From contig CAWIIQ010000001.1 in assembly GCA_963836185.1 (NCBI GenBank), positions 544,001 to 608,000 on the forward strand: a stretch of 64,000 nucleotides of DNA. Reading direction: 5' to 3'. A model generated the notes under the pieces. The model saw only the letters and a program-made list of their open reading frames with translations. It was not told the DNA's origin and made no database searches. Both the position numbers and the translations under genes were made by a program. Below are positions 1-10,488 of this stretch, one piece after another; the stretch's first letter is position 1, and each line of letters starts with the position of its first letter. Source of the stretch: Candidatus Krumholzibacteriia bacterium. Lineage in GTDB: Bacteria; Krumholzibacteriota; Krumholzibacteriia; Krumholzibacteriales; Krumholzibacteriaceae.

Positions 1-2
1 GT

Positions 3-929
3 CAGAACAGGGCCGGGAGTACCTCAAGTCCCGAGGAGGATTATTACTACGCTACCGTCAGCGGAGGGCAGGACAACCGGGCAGAGAGAAGATACTGTAC
101 TGTGGGAGGGGGCCAGGAAAACAGAGCGAGTGAAGAGTACGCGACAGTCGGCGGCGGCAGGCAGAACACCGCAGAGGGGAGATCGACAGTCGGGGGCGGC
201 AGCAACAACATGGCTCTTAACGGAAACAGCACCGTCGCGGGCGGTATGGACAATACAGCGCATAATGGTGCGACAGTCGGCGGCGGCAGTAATAACCTCG
301 CCAGCGGGGACGGATCGACGATTCCAGGAGGGCGAGAGAACGAAGCGACTGAAACCGGCACATTTGCCGCCGGATCGATGGCTAGAGCGAGGCACGAGGG
401 CTCGTTTGTCCTCGCGGCGAGCTGGCCGTCGAGTGGTGACGATACGATCTCTACAGGAGGGGACGAGCAGTTCGTCATCCGTGCCGACGGGGGGATCTAC
501 CTGACGAACACGAGCGAGCAGGCGACCTACAACCCCACGAGGTTAATAAATACTTCGACCGGAGCATATCTCGCCAATGACGGTACATGGCACGACTCAT
601 CTGACCGGAACCTTAAGGAGAATTTCGAGCCGGTCGACGGTGAGGAACTACTCGAGAAGATCTCCGAACTTCCCGTCACGAAGTGGAACTACAAGATCGA
701 CGATGGGAAAGCATCGCACATCGGCCCCGTAGCGCAGGACTTTTACTCGATCCTTGGCATAGGCAGCGACGACAGGACGATTGCCGCCCTTGACGAGGCA
801 GGCGTATCTCTCGCCGCGGTCCAGCAGCTCTACCTGAGATCGAAGGGCCAGGAGAGCGAGATTGAGGACCTGAGAAATGAGATCAGTGAGCTGAAGAAGC
901 TCGTCAGGACGTTGTTGGACAAAGAATAA
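3..929 (+). CDS. 5'-truncated repeat-rich protein with C-terminal intramolecular chaperone/autoprocessing domain (Peptidase S74, tail-fibre-like) and coiled coil
   Basis: Frame is open from the window edge. Tandem ~14-aa (A/S)TVGGGxxNxA repeats, then SDRNLKENF...W.YK...HIGPVAQDF (S74 signature) and a C-terminal coiled coil. Confidence 0.85.
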   Translation, partial: QNRAGSTSSPEEDYYYATVSGGQDNRAERRYCTVGGGQENRASEEYATVGGGRQNTAEGRSTVGGGSNNMALNGNSTVAGGMDNTAHNGATVGGGSNNLASGDGSTIPGGRENEATETGTFAAGSMARARHEGSFVLAASWPSSGDDTISTGGDEQFVIRADGGIYLTNTSEQATYNPTRLINTSTGAYLANDGTWHDSSDRNLKENFEPVDGEELLEKISELPVTKWNYKIDDGKASHIGPVAQDFYSILGIGSDDRTIAALDEAGVSLAAVQQLYLRSKGQESEIEDLRNEISELKKLVRTLLDKE

Positions 930-1067
930 AGGCTTGATAGACAAAGGGTTACATTCCTCCGCGTTTTTCCCGTTGTAATAACTGATAATAATTAGTGTAT
1001 TATTATACGTGGCCTGATTATCATGTGCCTTGCCGACTTACATCCATGTATCAGGGAGCGTGAAACG

Positions 1068-2351
1068 ATGAGTATCTCTTCAGGACCCTGGATTCGTTTG
1101 CTGTATCGTCTATTATTCTGCTTTCGATCTCCGCTGTCGCGCCGCGGCGGGGCTATTCTCGGGCCTGAGCAGATCGTCCAGGCGGGCGGCATGGATATTA
1201 ACATTCCCGGATACTCGGTCCCCTCGTTTGTCGACTGGAACAGTGACGGCCTGAATGATCTCGTGGTAGGAGAGGGAAGCGGGCTCACCGGGTTCGGCCT
1301 TGTGCGCGTATATCTCAACAGCGGCACTCCGGGTGATCCCGCCTTTACGGGGTATTTTCATGCGCAGTCGAACGGGTCCGTGCTGCAGAGTCCCGGCGGC
1401 GGCTGAATGGGGATCTTTCCCCGCGTGGTCGACGCGGATCTGGACGGCCGGAAGGACTTGCTCACAGGCGAGGCCGAAGGCAACATCAGGCTCTATCTCA
1501 ATATCAATACAGATACAGATCCGTCATTCGATGGCGGCACTCTGATCGAGGTCGGCCCGGCCGGCTCGAAGACAGCCATCGATGTCGGGCAGCGCACGAC
1601 CCCTGTTGTAGTCGACTGGGACAACGATGGCAGGAGGGATATCGTCGTCGGCAGCAAGGACGGCGTGGTGAGGCTCTACAGAAACACCGGCACCGATGCG
1701 GCATGGGATTTCGAAAGCGCGGAGATGATACTCGATGGAGGTATCGATCTCGTTGTACCTGCTCTTCGATCGAGCCCGCATATCGAGGACCTCGACGGCG
1801 ACGGGAAAAAGGACATTCTTGCAGGCAACACAGCGGGCCAGATCATGACCTGGTTCAATACGGGCACGGATGCCGTGCCTGTCTATAACGGATACACCCC
1901 TGTCGAGTCGGACGGTTCGGCGATAGACCTCGCTGGCGACCAGAGAGCGCGGCCTTTCGTATGCGACTGGAACGACGACGGGATCAGGGATCTGTTGATC
2001 GGGTACGGCGACGGCCTGGTACGTCTGTACATCGGCCTGTCCGACCTGACGGAGTGCGTGTGCGATACTCCTGCTTCGGTCCGGTTCCTGCAGGCCTGGC
2101 CCAATCCATTCAATCCCGTTACGACGATCGGATTCGAACTCGATGTGAGGGGGCCGGCGAGTCTTCGCATCTACGACGCTACGGGAAGACTGGTAAAGAC
2201 TCTCGCGAACGGCCTCTTCGACGCGGGGCTTCACGAGACGGTCTGGAACGGGACGGGGGACGCAGGCCAGCGGGTCTCGAGCGGGATGTATTTCTGCAGG
2301 TTCGAATCGGGGACATTCCGGCAGACCCAGAAACTCATACTGCTGAGATAG
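1068..2351 (+). CDS. FG-GAP/VCBS repeat protein with C-terminal FlgD-Ig (T9SS-like) domain; in-frame TGA at 1404-1406 read as probable selenocysteine
   Basis: ORFs 1023-1406 and 1407-2351 are in the same frame, separated only by TGA. Five DxxxDGxxD(L/I) repeats span the junction. C-terminus has PNPFNP...IYD..GRLV...SGMYF...KL. RBS GGAG lies before ATG 1068. Confidence 0.8.
1407..1440 (+). promoter_or_regulatory. Candidate bacterial SECIS element
   Basis: Stem CCGCGT (1421-1426)/ACGCGG (1432-1437) with loop GGTCG starting 20 nt after the UGA; possible lower pairing GAT/ATC. Confidence 0.7.
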
Positions 2352-2374
2352 TCACTTAAAGCGAAGCCCGCAGC

Positions 2375-5300
2375 TCAATATTCTTTGCTCCAGTTGATTT
2401 CCAGCCCCGTTTCCTGATCCTGATCGATGAAGCTCTCGATCTTGAAACGTTTCGTCAGCTGGTACTCGAGGTTGATCAGGAAATTGGCCGTGTTCTCCAG
2501 GCCCTGTTCGTACTTGAGCATAGTCTTTGTGTTTATGTACTTGCCTACGGTCAGGGCCGTCTCATTCGGATCCCTCGTGCTCTGCTGGAAGGTGAACATA
2601 TCCACGCCGAGTCTTTTTGACATCTCCCCTTCCAGTTTCGAGGCGCCGAATACCAGCAGGATCTCCGTGGTCCGTTCCTGAAGCAGGTTCGACTGGGAGC
2701 CATCGAGGTTGTCCATTGTCTGGCCGAAAAGGAGGAGGGACATGATATCGCTCTCCGACTTGGCCGGATTGGAGGTGAGCTCGATCTCTGGCTCGAGCGC
2801 CGTTCCAGTGAGCTTGATGAAGATGTCTATGTCGGTCACTTTCGCTTTCAGGCTCAGGTCGAACGACGGATTCATCTCGTCCTCTCCATAGAAGAAGACA
2901 CTGCCGCGCTGGATCTCGAAGTACCTTCCCATGAAAGAGAGCCTGCCCTTGGTCGGTTTAAGTTCGCCTGTTATGACAGGCCTGTCTCCCTGCTGCCTGA
3001 TATGAAGGTCGCCCTCCAGCTCGAAGTTGATCCGTTCGCTCTCGATCCGGAAGGAGTTGGGAATGGAGATCGTCACGTCGATATCCATTCCTTTGAAGCC
3101 CTCCGGTTCACCTGCGCCCAGACTGTCCGGATTGCTGTTTTCAGCCGCCGTAGTGTCGTTCGAGATACGGAAGGAGTCGGCAGCTACCCACAGGATCGCG
3201 TCGCCTTCGACATCGTGAAGACTCTCCTTCATCTCGGGAAGGCGGAGCAACGCGCGCTCGATGACGACGCTTCCCCTGACGGACGGTCTGGCAAGGTCGC
3301 CTCCGAATTCAAGGTTTATTGTCGGGGAGGCCTGAAGATCGCTCGCTACCGCGATGGACATGTCTTTCGTGTCGAGCCGGCCGCTGAAGCCGGGGTTGGC
3401 GATATCTCCGGCTGCGGTGAATTCTATATTCATGATTCCTTCAAGGTCGATATCGGGCGGAAGCAGCGGATCGAGGTCGGTGAGGGCCAGTTCCTTCGAT
3501 TTGATTTCTACAAGCATCTCAGCGGCTTCAGGATGCTCGAGCTTGAAAGGGGCAAGAGTAACATCCAGCGGGTATTCGAAGACACCGGTCAGGACATCCT
3601 GTTTCGATTTCGTAAGTGAGAGACTGGCAGACAGGCCTGAAGTACGGGATCCGGCAGCTGCTCCCGCTGCGTTCCTCGAACTCATCAGCCGTGTAAGTGC
3701 TGTATCAGATACAGCCTCGCGCGCGTACGTCCCGTCTATGGAGAGCAAGTATTTTTCAAGCTCCTCGCCCCCTGTAAATGCGCAATCGAGCTGAACGACA
3801 GCTTCGGGATCTGAGAAGGTGCCCCTGGCCGCTATCCTTCCGCTGAGCGAACCAATCAGCCTGGGACTATCGGATATAAAGGGATTAGCGTTGCCCGACA
3901 CCGGCATCCCGTCTATGACCATGTCCATCATGAGCGGGCCCTTCTTGAACGATCCATCTTTCTGAAGGGGTGGAAGGGTGCTTTCCAGTGAGATGATCGT
4001 CTTCTTCGGGCCCTCGATACCAAACGACGCCTGAACGGCATGGTCGTCTGATGACACGTTGAAGTTGATCGCGGTCCTTCTCCCGTCGACGATCGTTATC
4101 CCGCTTATCATACCATCCGCGGTAACTCTCGAAAGGCCATCGGCGCGTACGTCGACAGTCACGCTGTCGGGCCAGAGGCGGTCAGTGATCCTGATCATCT
4201 TTGGCTTCTTTGGCACAGCGATCTCGATATGAGCTTCCAGGTCGGAGGAGTCAGGGGACGCGGACCCGTTCGCCCTTATGCTCCCGATGCTTCCCTCGAG
4301 AGAGAGCCCGTCCACGATGAAGCCGCCCCCGGCGATCGTGGATATCGTGAACGGACCTGTCGATGCCAGGGTCTGCCCTGAGAGAGAAGTGAAGAAGGTG
4401 TCGGCGCGAACGGAGAAGCCGTTCCCCTGCGGCATCCTCAAAGCGATAAGTATGTTCGAGTCGATTCCGTCGGCGGCAAGCCTTACGGCCGGGCCGGTCG
4501 TATCGCCAGGTTCCGCCTGATCGGTGTAGGAAGCCCTGACGCTGTCGAACATGACGACGCTTGTCTGGAGCCCTTCGGGAAGGAAAAGGCCGGCGGTCGT
4601 TATCCCCTCGTTCCTTTCTGCAGTCCCGGAATATCGCGGGATGACCAGGCCATCGGTGGAAAGCATGCCTTCGATGCCGATTGAATACAGACGGATCGTC
4701 CTTCGTTCCCGTGATCCTGCAGTCAGCGTTCATCGTCAGGTTGATACTTCTGCCGGCGAGCCGTTCCAGCCGCCGGACGAGAAGCGAATCGGAGAGTGAC
4801 ACTGCGGCTGCGAGATCGATCATCTCTCCGGCGATGCCGCCTTCCGCCGAGATCCTCAGCCCCTCGAATACGACCAGGGCGGTATCGACGGCCATGCTGC
4901 CGCCGCTGCCTTTGATCGAGACGAGGGCGGTATCGATCCATTCCGTTCTACCTAGATCGAAACGCCCCGCGATGGAGCTTCCGCTGTCTTCCGGCGCTAT
5001 TGCCGCCTCAAAATCTATCATCATCGGGCCGAGGTCTACGATTGCGTCTCCCTTTCCCGTCAGTGGAGCGAGCAAGCGCGGGCCGGGAAGCAATGCGGAG
5101 CCGGCCGCTGTTATCTCACGGCCATTGTGCGCGATTGTTCCGCCGACACTGAGTGAGAACGGCCCATCGGCCCGCCACAGGGCCGTCATGGAATCCCATG
5201 ATGAAGAATCGGGCTGGAGCATCGTTTTCAGCGAAGCGGGAGGTTCGGGCCACTCCCCGCGAATGTCAAACCGGCCGCTGCGCGTGGAGTCGATATCCGC

Positions 5301-6935
5301 GCTTACAGAGATTTTTCCGAACATCCCTTCGGTGTGAAGGTCCCGTATAGCAATATCGCCGGTCACGCCGTCCACGCGCACATTCCCGGCGAGATAAACC
5401 GTTCCCGAATCGGGCCATGTCCCGTCAGTGCGTGAGAGTGTCACATCGATGCCGGAGGAGAGATCGGCGACGGCGCTTGTTATGATCCTTATACCGGAGG
5501 TCTCTAAAAGAAGATCTGCCGTATATGGATCGCTTCTCTCCACGGGAATAAATCCCGAGACATCTATAGAATCCAGGGAGGTTCCACCCGCTGTAAGATG
5601 TCCCGTGAGCAGCATCGGTATTCCTTCCGGTCCCCCGCACTCACCAGTTTCGAGTCTCAGTTCGGCGGAGGTCCCCTCAGGGAGTGAAACTCCGGGAAGT
5701 ATACGTGTCAGCCATGTCATGCTGTCGGCCCTCAACTGTGCGGACAGATCGGGGATACTGTCTGTCAGCGAGCCGGAGGCGCTCAACATGAGTCCGGGCA
5801 TCTCGAGAAGCAGGTCTTCGACCTCTATCAGATCATCCGCGTATGTTCCGGAGAGATGAAGAGTGTCGATATAGGAGGTACCTCTGAGATGCATGTCCGC
5901 GGACGCCGAGAAAGACGGCGACAGGGCAAGGTGACCCGTGATATTGCCGCGGGCGCCTTCCAGGACCCCGATCCCTTCGAGCGAACCTGCAAGGAAGGGG
6001 AGAGCAGCCAGTTCTTCGGTTCCCGGGGTGAGAAACTCGATCTCCAGGTCGATCGATTCGATGCGGTGGTCGACGACCTTGGCGATGCCGCCGATTGATA
6101 TAAATACGCCAGCCGCGGCCGAAGGGCCGTCAGCAGGGACGATTCGGATCGTGAATGAACTGTCCGGCTCCGTACTGCATATCATGCGGACATCCATATC
6201 GTGGGGCAGCAGGATTCTGCCGTTACCATCGAGAGATGGAGCGGCCAGATCCGCTTTCAGCCGGAAACTGTCGACGGATACGGGTGCGCTGGACCTGTCG
6301 AGGGACAGTTCCTCGATCGCTATGAACGGTTCTGACCCGGAGAGAAGGTCCAGCCCGCCGGACAGCTTCAGTCCGACCAGCTCGACTCCATCCGCGGCGA
6401 TGATCCGCCGTCCTTCGACTTCGATCCTGTCGACGGCGATCGAGGGGACGCCGGGGAGCGATCCGGCACGGGGGAATCCGCCTCCAGAGCTTTCCTGATC
6501 CATTGATCTGTCCGTAGCACCGGCGCTGTCTGCCGAGTAGGCGAAGATCTCCGTGATCGCCGGGATATCCGCGCCGATTCCGCGAAGCGCGACCTTATGG
6601 ATGTGAATATCTCTCGAGAACAGTCTGGAGATATCGATCGATACGGCAAGTTCTCCCGCCTCGGCGAGGGTGTCCGTGTAGTCTGTCCAGGCCACTCCAT
6701 CGATCTCGATGGTTCCGAGGGAGGGCCAGCGCGCCTCCGATACTGCAAACTCGCCGGGAAGTGAATGCCCCGCCCTGGATATGGCAATATCAAGCGCCTT
6801 CTCACGTACGGGCCTTACGAGCAGGAGCAGCAAGAGGATGATCACTATGGCGAACAGCGCCGCCGCCGCAATGGCGAGTATCTTAAGTGTCTTTCTTATG
6901 CCGTTCTTAACATTCATCGTCTCTATACTCATCAC
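2375..6935 (-). CDS. tamB: Translocation/assembly module TamB (frameshift near 4685)
   Basis: ORFs 4251-6935 and 2375-4666 join by one indel (...DDPSV|SIGIEGMLSTDG...). N-terminal TM anchor, C-terminal DUF490-type motifs (LTVGKYI...LEYQL...GLEINWSKEY), coupled to tamA. Confidence 0.85.
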
Positions 6936-8764
6936 ATCGGGTATCCGATAGCGAAGTGGAACGCGTATTCAGGTTCGTCCGGCTGGTAGTCAGTCAGCCT
7001 GTAACCGAAGTCGAAGCGAAGCGGGCCGACGGGAGTCATGATCCGGATTGCGGGACCTACGGCGATCTCGATATTGTCCCAGGTGAAGTCGCTGTGTGTC
7101 TGCCAGGCCTGTCCATAGTCGGCGAAGATCGCTCCATTGAATTTCCAGAAAAGCGGGAACCGCAGCTCGACGAAGCCTGTCATCATCACTTCGCCGCCGA
7201 GAGGCAGGCCGTTTTCGTCCAGCGGCCCAAGTTTTCTCCTGTTGAAGCCCCTGTGAGACGTTGATCCCCCAGCGTAGAACCGTTTGTCGGGGAGAAGCAC
7301 CAGTGATGGTGATATTGGAGTGGCCGATCCCAGGTGCAGGTTCGTAGCGAATGCGAGTTTCTTCGTAATGGGGATATGCGCCGTCCCATTGATCTCGGCG
7401 AGAAAATAGCTGCTGTTCGAAACTCCACCTTCCGGGCCGTACTGGATGCTGAACCAGGAATAAGTGCCCTTCGTCGGATTGATGCGGTCGTCAGTGCCGT
7501 CACGCACGATGCGATAAAAGAACCATGTAACCGGTCCCTTGGGATCCTCGAAGTATTCCTGCTCCGTCGTTTTGACGGTGTAGTCAGCCCTCTCGATCAC
7601 ATATCCGATCGATGATTTCATTGTGCGGGAGTGGGCAAGGCTGAGACCGACACCGATGCCGGGGGCTGTCTTGTCATAACTGTCCTCGCTGATGTCGTCT
7701 ATTCCGATTCGCAAGGTCCCTACCACCCTGGCATTGAACAGAGCCGGCCACCATGATACCCATCTGCCGGTCCTCTTGTACTGGGTGTAGGAGAGTTCGA
7801 TGCTAGAGCCGCGGCCTCTCTTAAAGAGGTTGGAATGCCTCCACCGGACCCTCGCGCTGAAGCCGTCGTCCGACCAGTATCCTCCCGCGAGTTCTATAAG
7901 GCGATGCTGCCTTTCCGAAAGCTCTACGACCATGGCAAGTGAGTCCGGCCCGGTATCCTCGAGCGAGATGCGGATCTGCCTGAAGAGCTGCAGGTTCGAG
8001 AGATTCTCTCTCGCGTCAGTGACCATCTTCGGCTTGAATCGTTCGCCCCTGTCGATGTTTATCGCGATCAGAGCCAGCTTGTTGAGATCCTCGCTCGCCC
8101 CGCTCGCACGGAAATCGTCGAAGTAATAGACCGCACCCGCCTCTATCTGGATGCGCACTCTTACCGTAGTCGTGTCTGTCATTTCCACGGATGATGACGC
8201 GGTAGCGCGGGCATGGCCTGCCTCTCTCAATATCTCCAGAACGGCTATTTCATCGGCTACAAGGTCATTGTCGGAAAAGATCGAACCAGCCTTCGTCTTC
8301 ATCTTTTCCGCGGCCGGTTCCCTGAAATGTTCAGGCAGGCCGTTGATCTGGAGGCCCGAGACTCTGACTGGAGGTCCGGGGTCGATATCAAGTGTGAGCT
8401 TGATCTCACGCTTATCCTCTTTCGCAGAGACTGACAAAGAGACCGTGCTGTATGGATATCCCCGTAAAGCGTAAAAGAGGCGTATCCTGTCGAGATCCCT
8501 TTCGAGGCTTCGCTCGTAGAGAGCGGCGTCCTTTTCCTTTAGCTCCAGGCCCTTCTCGAGCTCATCGATATATGTTTTGTCCGGGGCGGTGAGTGAAAGT
8601 GAGCTGACTTCCCAGCCCCGGTAGTTGGATATCTTGTCCCATATGGCAGTGTCATCGGCAACAACGGAGGAGGCGACAGAACCAGCGGCATGCACCTGCT
8701 CCTGCTGCGCATGAGCGGGTATGGTGATGGCCAGAAACATCAGAATGACAAGAAGGCGTTGCAT
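6932..8764 (-). CDS. tamA: TamA/BamA-family Omp85 outer membrane protein
   Basis: Signal peptide from MQRLLVIL (8764), POTRA-like repeats, RFYAGG...RGF, TPVGPLRFDFG, C-terminal FHFAIGYPM; 4-bp overlap with tamB. Confidence 0.9.
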   Translation of the reverse strand: MQRLLVILMFLAITIPAHAQQEQVHAAGSVASSVVADDTAIWDKISNYRGWEVSSLSLTAPDKTYIDELEKGLELKEKDAALYERSLERDLDRIRLFYALRGYPYSTVSLSVSAKEDKREIKLTLDIDPGPPVRVSGLQINGLPEHFREPAAEKMKTKAGSIFSDNDLVADEIAVLEILREAGHARATASSSVEMTDTTTVRVRIQIEAGAVYYFDDFRASGASEDLNKLALIAINIDRGERFKPKMVTDARENLSNLQLFRQIRISLEDTGPDSLAMVVELSERQHRLIELAGGYWSDDGFSARVRWRHSNLFKRGRGSSIELSYTQYKRTGRWVSWWPALFNARVVGTLRIGIDDISEDSYDKTAPGIGVGLSLAHSRTMKSSIGYVIERADYTVKTTEQEYFEDPKGPVTWFFYRIVRDGTDDRINPTKGTYSWFSIQYGPEGGVSNSSYFLAEINGTAHIPITKKLAFATNLHLGSATPISPSLVLLPDKRFYAGGSTSHRGFNRRKLGPLDENGLPLGGEVMMTGFVELRFPLFWKFNGAIFADYGQAWQTHSDFTWDNIEIAVGPAIRIMTPVGPLRFDFGYRLTDYQPDEPEYAFHFAIGYPM

Positions 8765-9033
8765 TGAAACAGTATACCTTATAGGGAAGGTTTGGGAAAG
8801 GCAGGAACCTCCCGCTGCCTTGCATTCACTGCCTGTGATGGTCTTGCCCGGGCGGGCGGGATAGAGTCTTTTGTTGCAGGTCCGGGCGGTTTTCACCTCC
8901 TGAAGCGATGTCAATTTCCGTTTCCCGGCCGGAAAAAATGGCGGTCCTGACGTTCCCTGTAATTTCCCGTTTTTTCCCATGTTGCTGTTGTCGTTTTCCA
9001 TCGTCCCTGTAGTAATATTTCCAATCCCGGGGC

Positions 9034-9048
9034 GGGCATGGAACTTGC
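9034..9048 (+). promoter_or_regulatory. Possible sigma54 (-24/-12) promoter
   Basis: GGGCATGGAACTTGC has GG-N10-GC spacing, about 80 nt upstream of ATG 9129. Confidence 0.45.
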
Positions 9049-9128
9049 CGAAATCCACTTCAGCCAGTGTAAATCTGTATCAATTCTCTCCCGCGTGACA
9101 GGGCAGAACGGCAGCAGAGGGGGAAGCG

Positions 9129-10367
9129 ATGAGTGGACCGAACAAGGTATACGTCATCGATCCTATGGATCCTGAGACCAGAGTCAACGTTACTTCTCCA
9201 TCGAGTGAGAACGGAGGAGAACTCCCCGATTATCTCAAGCCGTCTTCCGGCGGGGACCAGGCCGGCCAGGGCGAATCCAGGTCGAGGGCGAACGAGAAAC
9301 AGTCGGGCGTACCTTTGATCCTGTCCTATCTCACAGGGCCGTTTTCGATCCTGGCGACACGCCGGGGGCGCAGGAGCCGTTTCTGGGCAGGACTGTCCCT
9401 GTTCAGTGTAATCCTTTCGATTGTCGTTATATGGATGTGGAGGGGACTCTCATACTGGTCCACGCGAGAGAACCCCGTTGGAGCCGTCATGGTTCTCCTG
9501 GCGGTCGCGGCGGTCATATCCGGTTTCTCCGCGTGGACACGGGCAGTAGTGCTTGCCGGGCGATACGAGGGCCCGAGGATCAGGCGGTCGCCGGACTGGA
9601 TGAGGTCTTCATTTGCCGCTGGTCTGTTCGGGATCATCTGCCCGGGGATGGGACTCTACGTCGCCGGTCGCTCGAAGAGAGCGGCGTCGGCATTGTGGAT
9701 GGCCTGCCTGACCGTCATATCCCTGCTCGTTCTCGCGAGAGCGGCCTGGCTGTGGGATTTCAATATATACGCGGGCGCTTTCGCCGTAAGGCCGGATACT
9801 CTCGAGTATATTTTCATCTTTGCGGGTGCGGCGGCGGTTCTTGGAGGACTGGCCTGGGTCGTTCAGGCGCTTAATGGGGCGCGCCTGGCTGGCCGGGCCG
9901 CGAACCGCAAGACGGTCTCCCGGAGAAACTGGGCCGCCGTCGCCCTTCTGATATCGATGATCAGCTTTTCCATCCTTTCGAAACCGGCGGTCGTGGCCGA
10001 GGCGCTCGACAGTGGCGCAGCGGCGGCTCGCAGCGAGGGTATGCGGATCATCCCTCTCTATCTCTCGCGGGCGGCGGTCCGTCTCGATCCATCACAGCCT
10101 CGATACGTCATAAGATCGATCGAACTGTATGAGGAGATCGGAGAAAAGGCAAAGGCCGACGCGATGCGGCGAGAGCTCATTGCGAGGCTCGAACCTTCGA
10201 TAGGGCTGCTGGAGGAAGAGGGAATAGTCGTGCCGACAATATGGATGAATGACGGCGCGGTCATCCCCGCATCTCCCGATATCGATGCGGCGTCCGGACC
10301 GGCAGAGGCAGTCATATCCGCCGAGCTGATGTTTCTTGACTGGGATATGAGCCGAACGATCCCCTGA
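9129..10367 (+). CDS. Hypothetical multi-pass membrane protein with C-terminal helical (TPR-like) region
   Basis: 412-aa ORF with about 7 hydrophobic segments and an upstream purine-rich RBS. Confidence 0.7.
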   Translation: MSGPNKVYVIDPMDPETRVNVTSPSSENGGELPDYLKPSSGGDQAGQGESRSRANEKQSGVPLILSYLTGPFSILATRRGRRSRFWAGLSLFSVILSIVVIWMWRGLSYWSTRENPVGAVMVLLAVAAVISGFSAWTRAVVLAGRYEGPRIRRSPDWMRSSFAAGLFGIICPGMGLYVAGRSKRAASALWMACLTVISLLVLARAAWLWDFNIYAGAFAVRPDTLEYIFIFAGAAAVLGGLAWVVQALNGARLAGRAANRKTVSRRNWAAVALLISMISFSILSKPAVVAEALDSGAAAARSEGMRIIPLYLSRAAVRLDPSQPRYVIRSIELYEEIGEKAKADAMRRELIARLEPSIGLLEEEGIVVPTIWMNDGAVIPASPDIDAASGPAEAVISAELMFLDWDMSRTIP

Positions 10368-10398
10368 GAGGCATCAAATATAAAACAGTCAATCACGA

Positions 10399-10434
10399 GG
10401 GGACGCTTCCGTACCGGGGGCGTCCCCGATTTTT
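10399..10434 (+). terminator. Probable intrinsic terminator
   Basis: GGGGACGC...GCGTCCCC stem followed by GATTTTT. Confidence 0.55.
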
Positions 10435-10488
10435 ATCATGCAACCGGTGCCGTGATGTGATATATCTCCGATTGAAAGCGGCACTGCC

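Noticed and set aside
1404-1406. Genome-wide UGA reassignment (Trp or Gly)
   Set aside because: Many genes here clearly end in TGA, including ATGA/GTGA overlaps, and the long conserved ORFs contain no internal TGA.
4251-4700. Programmed frameshift in tamB or the S9 gene (51540)
   Set aside because: No slippery heptamer is evident, and indels are frequent throughout the window.
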